Part shown: positions 53,204-64,000 of the stretch, in pieces | Layout of the letters: each line of letters begins with the position of its first letter | How positions within the stretch are numbered: the stretch's first letter is position 1 | Assembly (NCBI GenBank): GCA_002269645.1 | Contig: NIVC01001119.1 | Location: 62,001 to 126,000, forward strand | Length of the DNA stretch: 64,000 bases | Reading direction: 5' to 3' | Origin: Macrostomum lignano | Lineage: Eukaryota | Made by a program: the position numbers and the translations under genes | The notes under the pieces: model-generated | The model's database searches: none | What the model was told of the DNA's origin: nothing | What the model saw: the letters and a program-made list of their open reading frames with translations, nothing else

Positions 53204-56200
53204 CTACTTGACCAAGCCGGCCTTCTTAGCCTCGGTCTCGTAGATTAGCAAACGCCACAGTTTAACAACGAACACTTCGGCCTCATCGTCAAGCACTAGC
53301 ATGATCTCGTTCAGAATGTCCTCAGGCTTAGTCTTGTCAATCACTTTGGCGCACACAAACTCGGTTAGTTGGGCCTCCTCTTCGCCAAGGTATTCGATAA
53401 TTTTTTTATTAATCCACGGTTTAACGCGATTCTGCATTAGAGTTGAGTCCACTATGCTCCAATCCAGATTGTAAGCAAACAGCTCATCCTTGGCGGTGGG
53501 TATGCCGTCTATTAGGCGTTTAATTAACGCTTTCTTTTCTTCTTCGTTAGCAAACACCGCCGATGCTGGGGCTGCCTGAGAAGATGAAGCTTGCGAGGAG
53601 GCTGAGCGGCCCTGTTGAGGCTGGGGGGGCGGCGCTGGCTGAGTCGGCTGTTCAGCGGTATCGTTCTCCTCGCACATCATCATATCGCCGTGATCGTGAT
53701 GGTCATCGTCATCGTCATCATAGTCAGTCCGATGATCGCGATGACCATCACTAGTATGATCGTGGTCATTGTTGCGCTCATCGGATCTATGGAAATAAAG
53801 CGTAGAAATTAATTTACTTTACAAAACCACACAAAAACAGCGGGAAAAGCAATTTACGCTACTTGCAGTAGTTTACTGCTAAATAACCATTTTGTGTAAG
53901 TAATTTCAGTCTTCAAATCACTGGGCAATAGTGCGGATTTAAAAAGATATACCACTCTACAATCACATGCAATTTCTATTAGATAAGCTACTACTCTTCC
54001 ACAACCTACTACTAGTAGTCAAACACGATTACACTAGTAAACAATAAAGTAAACAAACTAAACAAACAAACAAACCTAAACTTATCGCCGTCGCCATTGC
54101 CATTGACAGAGACGCTACCAGCAATTGTCGATTTAACTTCAGCAGAATCAACAGCGTCAACAATTTTTGGTTTCTTATCTTCATCTGACGGAGCTGGTTG
54201 ATTACTACTACTAGTAGCATTAGCAGGCGTTGACGACGTGAGGTACCGACGCAAATGAGCATCTCGAGCTTCATCAAGCTCGGCGCAGATCGCTTCAACG
54301 TCGGCCTGTTCGCGACCTTCGGCCAGTAGTCTACGCCGGGCCTCGTCGACTTCGTCACGCTCCCGAGCCCTGTCCCGCTCGTCCTGCTCGCGTTCCCGAT
54401 CGCGCTCGCGTAGTCGCCCACGGAACGCGTCGCCGCGATAGAATTTCGCGTCGTCCAATTCGTCGTCGTATTCGGCTAGGAAATTGCGCATCTCCCTGGC
54501 CTCGTGGGCCTCTTTGTCGCGTCGGCGCAGTTCGCGTTCGCGCTCTCGCTCGGCGTCGCGGGCCTGCGATGGTTGTTTTTTTACAAAAGAAGTAGCACGT
54601 ATACTTTTTTCCTATGGGAATCCTTTACTGGGGATCAAGATACTAGATGGGGATTTCTATACATTTGGGGATCAAGATTGCTGCAGCTAGTAGATGGGGA
54701 TTTCTATATATTGGGGATCAAGATTGTTGCAGCTAGTAGATGGGGATTTCTATATATTGGGGATCAAGATTGTTGCAGCTAGTAGATGGGGATTTCTATA
54801 TATTGGGGATCAAGATTGTTGCAGCTAGTAGATGGGGATTTCTATATCCTGCGGTACGAGCAGAACGGATTCCGGCCGCAACGCGGTACAGTGACACAGA
54901 TCCTTGCACTCCGCCGTGTCATCGAGGAGGCACGCATCCGCCAGTCTACGCTGATCATTTGTAGCGACTTTCTTCATTTGTTCCACCTTCTCGCTTATGT
55001 TTGTATGTCTTAATTTTGATTGGCTGCCTCTCTGCGCTTATCTCAATCTCTGCCTTCTCTGCCTTCTGGTCGCGTCTTGTACCCACTCCCCATTGCACGC
55101 TTATTTGTTTTCGTTATCATTTTCTACCCTTCTCGCGCTCTCGTGCTCTTCAATTATTCACCCGTCTCTTATCGTGAATGCAACCCCACCCCTCTAATGT
55201 AGGCAATGTCTTATAAATGTATGAATTTGGGCCCTGCGCTTTCTCATCTGGTTTGTGTGTTCAATTCCAATAAAAGTCTGTCTGTGTTTACTGATATTAT
55301 TTACATCATTAAAGGCGTTTGACTCGGTGTTGAGAGCCGCGCTCCCCTTCGTCCTTTGAGCCTACTGGGTCCCGCAGCAGCTAATCGATGCTATCATGTC
55401 GCTGTATCGCGATACTCGAGCTGCTGTGGTGACGACGGACGGCCTGTCTGACCTGTTCGACACTTCATCAGGAGTTCTGCAGGGCGACACGCTGGCGCCG
55501 TTCCTCTTCGTGCTGCTGCTGGACTGGGTGCTTCGGACCGCACTCCCCTCGGCTAATGACGGCTTCCTGCGGCGCAGACGCATCGGTCGCCGCCACGGTG
55601 AAAAGCGCCTAAGCGTGCTTGGCTACGCCGACGACCTCGTCCTCCTGTCCTCGTCCGTTGAAGGCGCCCAGCGCCAGATCGACAGGTTGGTCAAGGTGGC
55701 ATCGAGCGCCGGACTGGTTGTCAACACGCTGAAAACCGAGGTGCTGACTGTGCCGGCCGACATCCCAGCAGACCTGACGTGCCGCGGCGCAGACGGGCAG
55801 ACGACCAGGCTCGCACTCTGCCAGCGGTTCACCTACCTCGGCGGTCTGGTGCCACACGTGGAAGAGGACTTCCGACGGCGCAGAGGACTTGCCTGGGCGG
55901 CCTTTCGTTCGATCCGAGCCGTCCTCCAGTCCGAAGCGCTGCCCGACCGCCAGAGGGCTCGGCTGTGGCAGGCGGTGGTCGAAACCGTCCTGCTCTACAA
56001 CGCCGAGACGCTGACGGCTACGCTAGAGCGGCAGCTGGACTCGACGCACCCAGGGCTGCTCCGTGCGGCCTTTCGAGCAGACAAAAGCGTCGGGACCGAG
56101 GCCCTGTACGATCGGGCCAAGCTGCAGCGCCCGTCCACCATCCTGCGCCGACGGCGACTCCAACTGGCGGGCCACGTGATCCGGGCCGAGGGCTACTGCC

Positions 56201-58428
56201 CCCAACCTGTTCAGGACGTCCTGCTGCTCACCTTGCAGGGCCCGTTCAGGCGGGGTCAGGCCCGAACCCGTCGATACGTGGACTGCCTGCTGTGCGACGC
56301 TGGGGCGCCCGACACTGCCAACGGAGCTGACTTTGTTCGCTCGCAGGCTCTGCGGCGCGCCATCTGACGCGCCCTGCTCTAACTGTGACCTTTTCTTGCA
56401 GGGCCGCGTATTTTGTTTTTGTTGTTGTTGTTTGGATTTCTATATATTGGGGATCAAGATTCTTGCAGCTAGTAGATGGATTTATGCCCCTAAAGACAAC
56501 GAAATCCTTAGTATAGGAGTTGACTATATATCCATAATTTCTAATAGGCAACCCAGGTGTATTAATAAGCTGCATTAATACCTTCTTCTTTTCCCGCTGA
56601 GTCCAGTGCTTCAGCTCCTGCTGATATGACTGCTCCTTGTTCATCATCTTCTCCATCCGGCGTCGCTCAGCCGCCTCCTCGTCTGTTTCAACCGCCGACT
56701 TCTCCGCCGGCGCTGAACTGCCACCGCCGCCGCCGCCGCCGGCTGACGAACGACTTTTAGACGTCGAGCCCTGCTGCTCCCGGCGCTCCTCGCGTTCCTT
56801 GTCCCGATCGCGCTCGCGCTCCTTCTCGCGCTTCTCCCGGCGCCGGCGCTCCCGCTCGCGCTCCCGTTCCCGTTCGAGTTTCTCCTCGAGTTTCGGCGAA
56901 TCGTCTCGATAGCGAGATCGAAAGAATTCGATTTCCCGATTAATTATATTGCGCTTATCAACGTCGATGTCCATGTCGTCCAGGGACTCTTTCGGGCCGA
57001 CTAGTTTTGGCGCGCGAAAGTCAAGTTCGCCGTCTTCCACTCGTTCGATTTCTGGCACGAAGCGTTGAACGATCTGGAGTGGAATGGAATAAGCTGGGCC
57101 TGTGATAATTCATCTGGGAGGGTGACCGGTGTGTGACCTTAAATCGGGAGAATGACGGGTGTGTGATCTTAAATCAGGGAGAGTGACCGGTGTGTGATCT
57201 TAAATTAGGGAGAGTGACCGGTGTGTGATCTTAAATCAGGGAGAGTGACCGGTGTGTGATCTTAAATCAGGGAGAGTGACCGGTGTGTGATCTTAAATTA
57301 GGGAGAGTGACCGGTGTGTGATCTTAAATCAGGGAGAGTGACCGGTGTGTGATCTTAAATCAGGGAGAGTGACCGGTGTGTGATCTTAAATCAGGGAGAG
57401 TGACCGGTGTGTGATCTTAAATCGGGGATTGTCAGGTGTGTGACCTTAAATCGGGGAGTGTCAGGTGTGTGACCTTAAATTGGGGAGTGTCAGGTGTGTG
57501 ACCTTAAATCGGGGAGAGTGACCAGAGTGTGACCTTAAATCTGGAGAGTGACCGGTGTGTGACCTTAAATCGGGGAGAGTGACAATTGTGTGACCTTAAA
57601 TGGGGGAGAGTGACGGGTGTGACCCTAAATCGGGGTGTCAGGTGTGTGTTTTTAAATCGTGGAGAGTGACGGGTGTGTCCTAAAAATTGGAGGGGAAACA
57701 AGTGTCGGATGCATATCTGAAGGTTTATGAGGGTAACACAAACTTAGGATTTGATGGTTAAGATCACAACATCTGAGCAGGTAGTTAATATCACTGCAAA
57801 ATTATTCTTTCAATAAAATGTAAATTTTGCGGATTAAAAGCCTCACCTGGGTCAATCTCCGCTTAATCTCTTCGTCCTTCTCGGCAGCCGGCGCATCGGG
57901 CAGGCCGTGCCGTTTCTTATACTCGTCAAGCATGCCCTGACTGCTGGCATCGATTCGTACAAGCAGCTTCTTGCCGGCCACATCTATCTGCCCCAGCAAC
58001 CGGTCGCATATCATCGTAGCAACTGGATCGGCAAATTCGCAGAAGCCAAACGATTGCAGTTTGCCATCGGCGCCAGTTACCCGTTTCCAACTGTTAACAA
58101 AGCCGCAGACGCTTAGCAACTCGCGCATCATCGAGTTCGGCGCGCGCTCGTTGATGCCGCCAACGAATACGGCGGTGGCCGGCTTGTCGGTCCCGGCGGC
58201 GGCACCGGCGGCTGCTGCGCCGACTGCTCCAATGGGCACGGGGCCCTTCTTGCTGTCGGCCTCATTCTCTGCTTTTTTGCTATCATCTACTTTGCTGTTG
58301 TCTGTGTCTTTTTCTTCTTTCACTTTAGCAATGGATGCTGACTGTTCGTTTGCTGATTCATTTGCTGCTGCAGAGTCTTTTAAATCTGCTTTTTCAGTTG
58401 CTTTGTCTTCTGTTTTAGGCTCAGGCAT
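53204..58428 (-). CDS. RBM25: RNA-binding protein 25 (RRM, RE/RD-rich, PWI), ~714 aa
   Basis: Exons 58428-57847, 57073-56582, 54563-54076 (or 54082) and 53786-53204. RRM VFVGGI...WKRVTGADGKLQSFGFCEF; arginine/glutamate repeats; FLAEYDDELDDAKFYRG; C-terminal PWI (LIDGIPTAKDELF...VKPWINKKIIEYLGEEE...VLDDEAEVFVVKLWRLLIYETEAKKAGL). Confidence 0.95.
54625..54847. repeat. 46-bp minisatellite (CTAGTAGATGGGGATTTCTATATATTGGGGATCAAGATTGTTGCAG); continues at 56434-56480 after the LINE insertion
   Basis: Direct periodicity. Confidence 0.9.
54848..56433 (+). mobile_element. 5'-truncated, inactivated RTE-like non-LTR retrotransposon in RBM25 intron 2 (antisense to host)
   Basis: RT motifs QNGFRPQRGT, KAFDSV, GVLQGDTLAPFLF, YADD, FTYLGG. 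(GTT)n 3' tail; candidate 12-bp TSD GGATTTCTATAT (54836-54847 and 56434-56445); in-frame stop and frameshift near 55310-55360. Confidence 0.9.
54960..55305 (+). mobile_element. 346-bp solo LTR inserted in the RTE reverse transcriptase
   Basis: TGTA...TACA termini, 5-bp TSD TCATT (54955-54959 and 55306-55310), TATAAA near 55211 and AATAAA near 55269. Confidence 0.85.
57115..57690. repeat. 31-bp minisatellite (GGGAGAGTGACCGGTGTGTGATCTTAAATCA), RBM25 intron 1
   Basis: Direct periodicity. Confidence 0.93.
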
Positions 58429-60584
58429 GACAACCTTACAGTCTCCTTTTTCAGTCTTCTTTCAACTTCAAAAGAAGAAAAAATAATAACGACGACTTGG
58501 AAAAATCTAACTGTCCTGTTTTAGTGAGTTCACATGAATGGAAGTATAGTTCTTAATTTTGAAGTTTGTATGAAATCCTAACTCAACTAGATCCCTATTG
58601 GAATTTAATTATATAGCCAGGTGTCCGCCTACTTTAGTCCAATTTTCTTTGGTGCACTAGATACAAAACTCAAGTAAAGACTGCTTTATAAGACTATAAA
58701 ACACTAAAAAGCATAGAAGTTAAATTTGAACAAACAATTTATAAATATATATTTAGATATATTGAGAAGGTAAAAAGTGGATACACCAAATTTATAGTTA
58801 AAGAAAGCATTTTTAAGTTGAAATTATGCTACGATATATAATAACCCCAAATACTAAGGTCAAAATTTATATGTTTCTTCTAGATAGGAAACTCTATTCA
58901 AAATACAATACCTATATTGATAATTATACATTAGTAATTTAATTATAGGAGGACAACCAGTTTTACAACTTAAGTCTTGCTTATTTTTTGCTGTTTGGAA
59001 TTCACAATACTCATGGAACATATCTGAGTGGAGACCAACTAGAAAATTACTAACTAATTTTTATGTGCATAGGTAAGTTAAAAAAGGCTCATTTTTTTTA
59101 AAATTGCATTAAAATATATAGAGAAATTCTAAATCTCAACTTACTATCAACTGTATAGCATGAACTATAAACAATAAAAGTCACTCATAGCTAGTGAAGT
59201 GCATGTTGAGGAATTGGTTGATTATCTTTCATTTGGCAGTCATAAATTTAAGCTAATAATATTACAATGCAAAGTGAATTTTATGAGTGCTATACACCTA
59301 TAATATAAAATCTATTGTATAATACTATATAGATAGGGATTTCTTGGTCAAATATGAGTAAGCATTTGGATATTGGTCAAAATGTGTTTTAAAAATGGAA
59401 GATAAAACACATCATTTTGTGGTTCATCATTATATTGAATATGTATTTGGTCTATCTCTACTTATACTCATAGATATACAATTGTATGTATATACGAGTA
59501 ACAAGATCTACAATTTAGATCATTGCTAGGAAATTAATATTGCTAATCGAATTTTTGCCTATTATCCTAGGATTGAAAATACCAGTTGGAGAGAAGTTTC
59601 CCAGAATTTTTAATTACCACTGTTGAGGTTTTACAAGGGGTATCCCAAAAGTCCCCAGAATGTTTGCTTTAGCTCCAACTATACCTTGACAATCAAAAAT
59701 ATGCCAAATGTAGCATAGTTGACAGGATTTTAGATGGTAAAAAATAATTATAGGGTCACCATATTATTTGCTTACTAAAATAAATATAAAGCATCCTAGT
59801 GGATATGAAAGAAAATACCTATCCTGCTAATGTGGAAAACATAGAAATATTATATGCTTATTGCATGCTCAACATGACAACATTGAATGTTAAGAACACA
59901 AAGTTTTTAGTATATGTGGCAGTAAAGCTTAGGTATTTTGGTATTAGATATCTTTAATCATTCAATGGTTAAAGTAGCATATGAATAATGACCATAGCTA
60001 AAAAGATAAACTATTCATATATGTGGTTATTTTCCTTAATGCACCTTATTTCTATCTATATTTTGTGCTTGTTCAATCATCTTGGCTAGGAGTTGGATAT
60101 TGATTCAATTAAGTAGGGGATGACTGCGTCTTCACTCACTACTCGCATTTATAGGCAAAGTGCGATGCACGATATATAATATCACTCAATTGTCTAATAA
60201 CCTCACATGACATTGACTTTTGTCTCACTTATTTAAGAACATTAGGTGGTGGCAGCAACCCACCAAATTAAAGTACATGCTAATAGAAATAACAGTAAAA
60301 CCCAAACCAGTAGCTTAACCCCACTCCATATGCAAAGATCTGAACCAGAATCTATTAGCCTTTAATTTTTGTCTAGTGAAATATAAACTAGTATGTTTTT
60401 TGGCCAAAAAATCTTTTAGTTTTAAATGTTTATAAGACTATTGTTTAGATTTATTAATAAAACCTAAATACTAAAAATGGTCTGTTGGTATCTATCTATC
60501 TATCTATCTAGATGCGATCGATTTTAGCTAAAACGGCTCAACTGATTTTTTTCAAACTTGCACTGTTTGATTAGAAATAAATAG

Positions 60585-60950
60585 GGATGCTTGCTATTTA
60601 GAGATTCCTGCTATCTGCAAGATGCTTGCTATCTGCAGGATGCTTCTATAATATCTAGGGGGTGCTTGCTATCTGCATGATGCTTCTATAATATCTGGGG
60701 GTGCTTGCTATTTGCAGGATGCTTGCTATCTGGGTGGATACTTCTACAATATTTGGGGGATGCTTGCTATCTGCAGGATGCTTGCAATCTGGATGGATGC
60801 TTCTATCTAGGGAATGTTTGCTGTCTGCAGATGCTTGCTATCTAGGGTGATGCTTGCTATCTGGGGGATGCTTGCTATCTACAGATGCTTGCTATCTGCA
60901 GTTGCTTACTTTTGGGGGGTGCTTGCTATCTGGGGGATGCTTGCTGTCTT
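60585..60950. repeat. Degenerate ~17-20-bp repeat GATGCTTGCTATCTG
   Basis: Recurring core motif. Confidence 0.8.
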
Positions 60951-62277
60951 GGAATATTTTCTATTTAGAGGGAGCTATATTTTGTTGACTGTTTGTTAAT
61001 TTTAGAGAAAAGGTGATTCATAGCAAACACCTTTGTCCATGACAATTTTACACAAATCAGGTGATTTTTAAAAGTGACAAAGGAATTGATTCTTAAGAAA
61101 ATGTGCTTTTTTAATTGTTTTCCATAAACTATTTTTGTTCCTTGCTTATTGGCGCCCCAAAGGGGGGGCCGCACTAGAGTGCTAGTAAAACCTAATTATT
61201 GTATTATATCATTTATTTGATAATTACAAACAATCTAAACTAAGTAGGCATGTGACTTCAAATAAATCTAGTTACTCAACATTGCAGTTTATCACTATAT
61301 AATATTTTAGAAAGCTACCAAATTTATGAGTATCTACAAAAGCCACTGGTCTAGTGATGTTCTATTAGTGAGAATTGGCTACTATTTTTGTCTGTCACCT
61401 TCCATATTTTCTGATATACCAAGAAGTCACTTTAGACAGACTGCTCCAAGTAATTATTTGCTATGTTGTTTAATTGTATATACTCTCATACAATTATACT
61501 ATTTTTCATGTAATATCTTTTTAGAGGCTTCCCAGGAATGTAGCCAAAAGCCAGAGAAGCTTTTAATGAAATTGTGGCAGTCGGGTTGCCATTTTGATTA
61601 TTGAAACTTTCCTATTAATAATATTTTACATTCAATCTACTAAGTTTCATCAAATTTAATTGCATGCCCCAACTCATGGAAATTTTGCATTTTCTCTCCC
61701 AATGGTTGTTTATTTTGTCACCTTCCTGTATGTTGTCCTTTTTTGTCCCAGTTTTGTTCCTCCAATATGTCCCACCAATGAAAAGATGTTTTGCCACTCT
61801 TTTTTGCCAATTTTTCTTGTTAATTTCTGTGCAAACTGCTATTGCTCAACCCTATGCCCACTCTTTTGTCCAACCTGCTATATAGCTGCCCGTCCAAGTC
61901 TTGCCCCTGTTGTTAAAATATATGGTTATCTATTTTATATGCATGCCTCACGCGCTACTGATTTTTTTTGTTTCTTTCTTTCCTTTTCATCCTCTTTCAT
62001 TTCTCACCCATGACCGTTAGCATTAAGGAAGTAATAAATTTGTGTTAATACTTTGTTTTTAATTTTATTAAGCTCTAGTAGACAACCTTAGAGTCATTTA
62101 AGCTGTATACAACTTACTTATAGCGCACTGCAGCTCTGCTTGTCGAATCTTTTTGGTCACACCAAAATACTTTTTACCTGCCTGCTAAAATAATTATTTT
62201 CTAATATCCAATTGATAATAATAATAATAATAACAATCCACAATAATATCATTTTCATTGACTAATTAAGTAAGCCC

Positions 62278-63820
62278 ATAGCCTTTTTTAGTTATTTGCC
62301 CACGGGGCATAAAACAAACCAAGTTCTTATCTCAAAGAAAGCTCTGAGGCAAATTTTGTTTTGCAATATAAGAATTATGTTGATGACAGCTCTACCCTAC
62401 TAAGAGTAAACAGCTCAACAAATTGACACAATAATTTATGGTGTCAGAAGCTCCTGTATTTACCATTTGAACAACTGTGTCATTAAAAGACTGCTTACCT
62501 ATGATTACAACTACTCTCCCCTCAGAATTTGAGGACCCTGGCAGTAAGAGTAAAACAAGAGAAAGAATTTTGTTGTGATTCCTCTGCAGGATTTTTCTGG
62601 ATTTGTTTGTGCAAATGCAACTAGCCAAATTTTCAAAATCCAAACCAACATATTATTTCTTTTCTCAACCCCCACCTTAAAATGATGAAGTGTCCTATTC
62701 AAAATATGACATTTTAAAATAAAGCCAAAATTCTAAGAATGGACCTAATAGTATCTATTTAATAAAATAGTGTGGCAGTTAGGGGCTGCGACTGACCATT
62801 TAAATTAATGCTTAATATTTTTTTGAAATTTTTTTATCTATTAGACCACCCCATGACCCTTTTCTGCTATCCCCAGTTTTTGGCCTATTATGTCCACGTT
62901 GTGCCCCCAGCTGTTGGGATATTTCATCTTTTCTCCTGTTCCTGCGTTGGTTACCCTGCCCCTTTTTCTAGCCTTGCGAGTCCCTTGTTTGGTAATTTTG
63001 TTTGTGTCTATGTAATTCCGTGATGATTTCTTCCGTTCAATGCTTGGTCACCGCGACCACCTTTTGCCTCCAGCATTTGACCCCATTTGTCCATTTGCTG
63101 CAACTTTATTTTCTATTTAATGGTGCCCCTGGAGTTGCCCAACTTTCATTTCCCCTTGTCTTCTTTTTCTCTTCCTTCCTTCTTTTCCCACGGCTCCGGC
63201 TTTCTTCTTTACTTGAACCTTACTTTCCTTCCCTCTGCCAACCCATTCAATTTATCTATTAATATTTAAATCTGTGCGACTTACTTTGCAATAATTGTTT
63301 ATTAATTGGTCAATTGTTTTATTAAGTCAATTGTTTATTAATTGGTTATTAGTGCACCGCGGCATCGCTTGAATCATCCGCCAGATTAGGCTCGAGTATT
63401 CCCATTACTCTGTCACTTTGACATCTCTAGTGTGTTTTATTAATTCTCATACGGTTGCCAGTTTAATTCAGTTGCCAACAAACAGTTAAAACATCTTTTC
63501 CCTTTACTTAATAAACAATTTGCAACAATATTAAACTCTCATTAATTAATCCAAAGCCTAGCCTATTTTGAGTCATTTGCCCACGGGGCATAAAACTACC
63601 AAGTTCTTAATTCAAAGAAAGCTCTGAGACTTTAACGTCCTGTAATATATAAAATTACAATGGTGGCAGCCCTATTCTACTGTTAGTAACAAGTCAAACA
63701 TATGAGATACATTAAGTTTCAGTGTCTGAAGACCCGCTCTGAATGCTTGCGTCAACAAAGACTGCTTGCCTACGACTAAAACTACCATCCCCCCAGAATT
63801 GAGGACCCTGGCAGACAGAG
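62278..63820. repeat. Two diverged direct copies of a ~290-bp sequence (62278-62560 and 63560-63820)
   Basis: Shared TTTGCCCACGGGGCATAAAAC..CCAAGTTCTTA..TCAAAGAAAGCTCTGAG and AAAGACTGCTT..CAGAATT(T)GAGGACCCTGGCAG. Confidence 0.75.
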
Positions 63821-64000
63821 TATCTACAAGACTTCTAAATTGGGATTTGTCCACGCAAATTTCTAGACTTAATTTGTGTGAACTAACAATGGCGCCAATT
63901 TGAAGGTCTGAGCCACTCAAACTTGACATTAAATCAAGTGAACACCAGACAACCACCCAATCTAAACTGCCCCCATCTCAATAGCAATCATTGATATATA

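Noticed and set aside
57115-57690. CRISPR-like appearance of the regular arrays (also 17834, 23520, 52150)
   Set aside because: Units are head-to-tail with no unique spacers, the context is eukaryotic and intronic, and no cas genes are present.

Overview
Eukaryotic (animal) genomic DNA. GC-rich exons, GT-AG introns filled with minisatellites and (GACA)n tracts, and divergent protein sequences suggest a free-living flatworm such as Macrostomum (inference). Five protein-coding genes, all on the minus strand, were reconstructed exon by exon with consistent intron phases: a SERCA Ca2+-ATPase (24290 to 8266), two tandem divergent Src-family kinases (37753 to 33063 and 48254 to 41974), ATP synthase subunit f (51880 to 51530) and RBM25 (58428 to 53204). 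Most long ORFs in the supplied track are minisatellite by-products. The standout observation is a tandem pair of 134-bp paralogous SERCA exons encoding the luminal L7-8 loop plus M8. They look mutually exclusive and occur alongside candidate alternative C-termini. Other observations: reciprocal loss of activation-segment hallmarks in the two Src paralogs, minisatellites carrying splice signals, a solo LTR nested in an RTE LINE inside a minisatellite, and several MITE/foldback elements.
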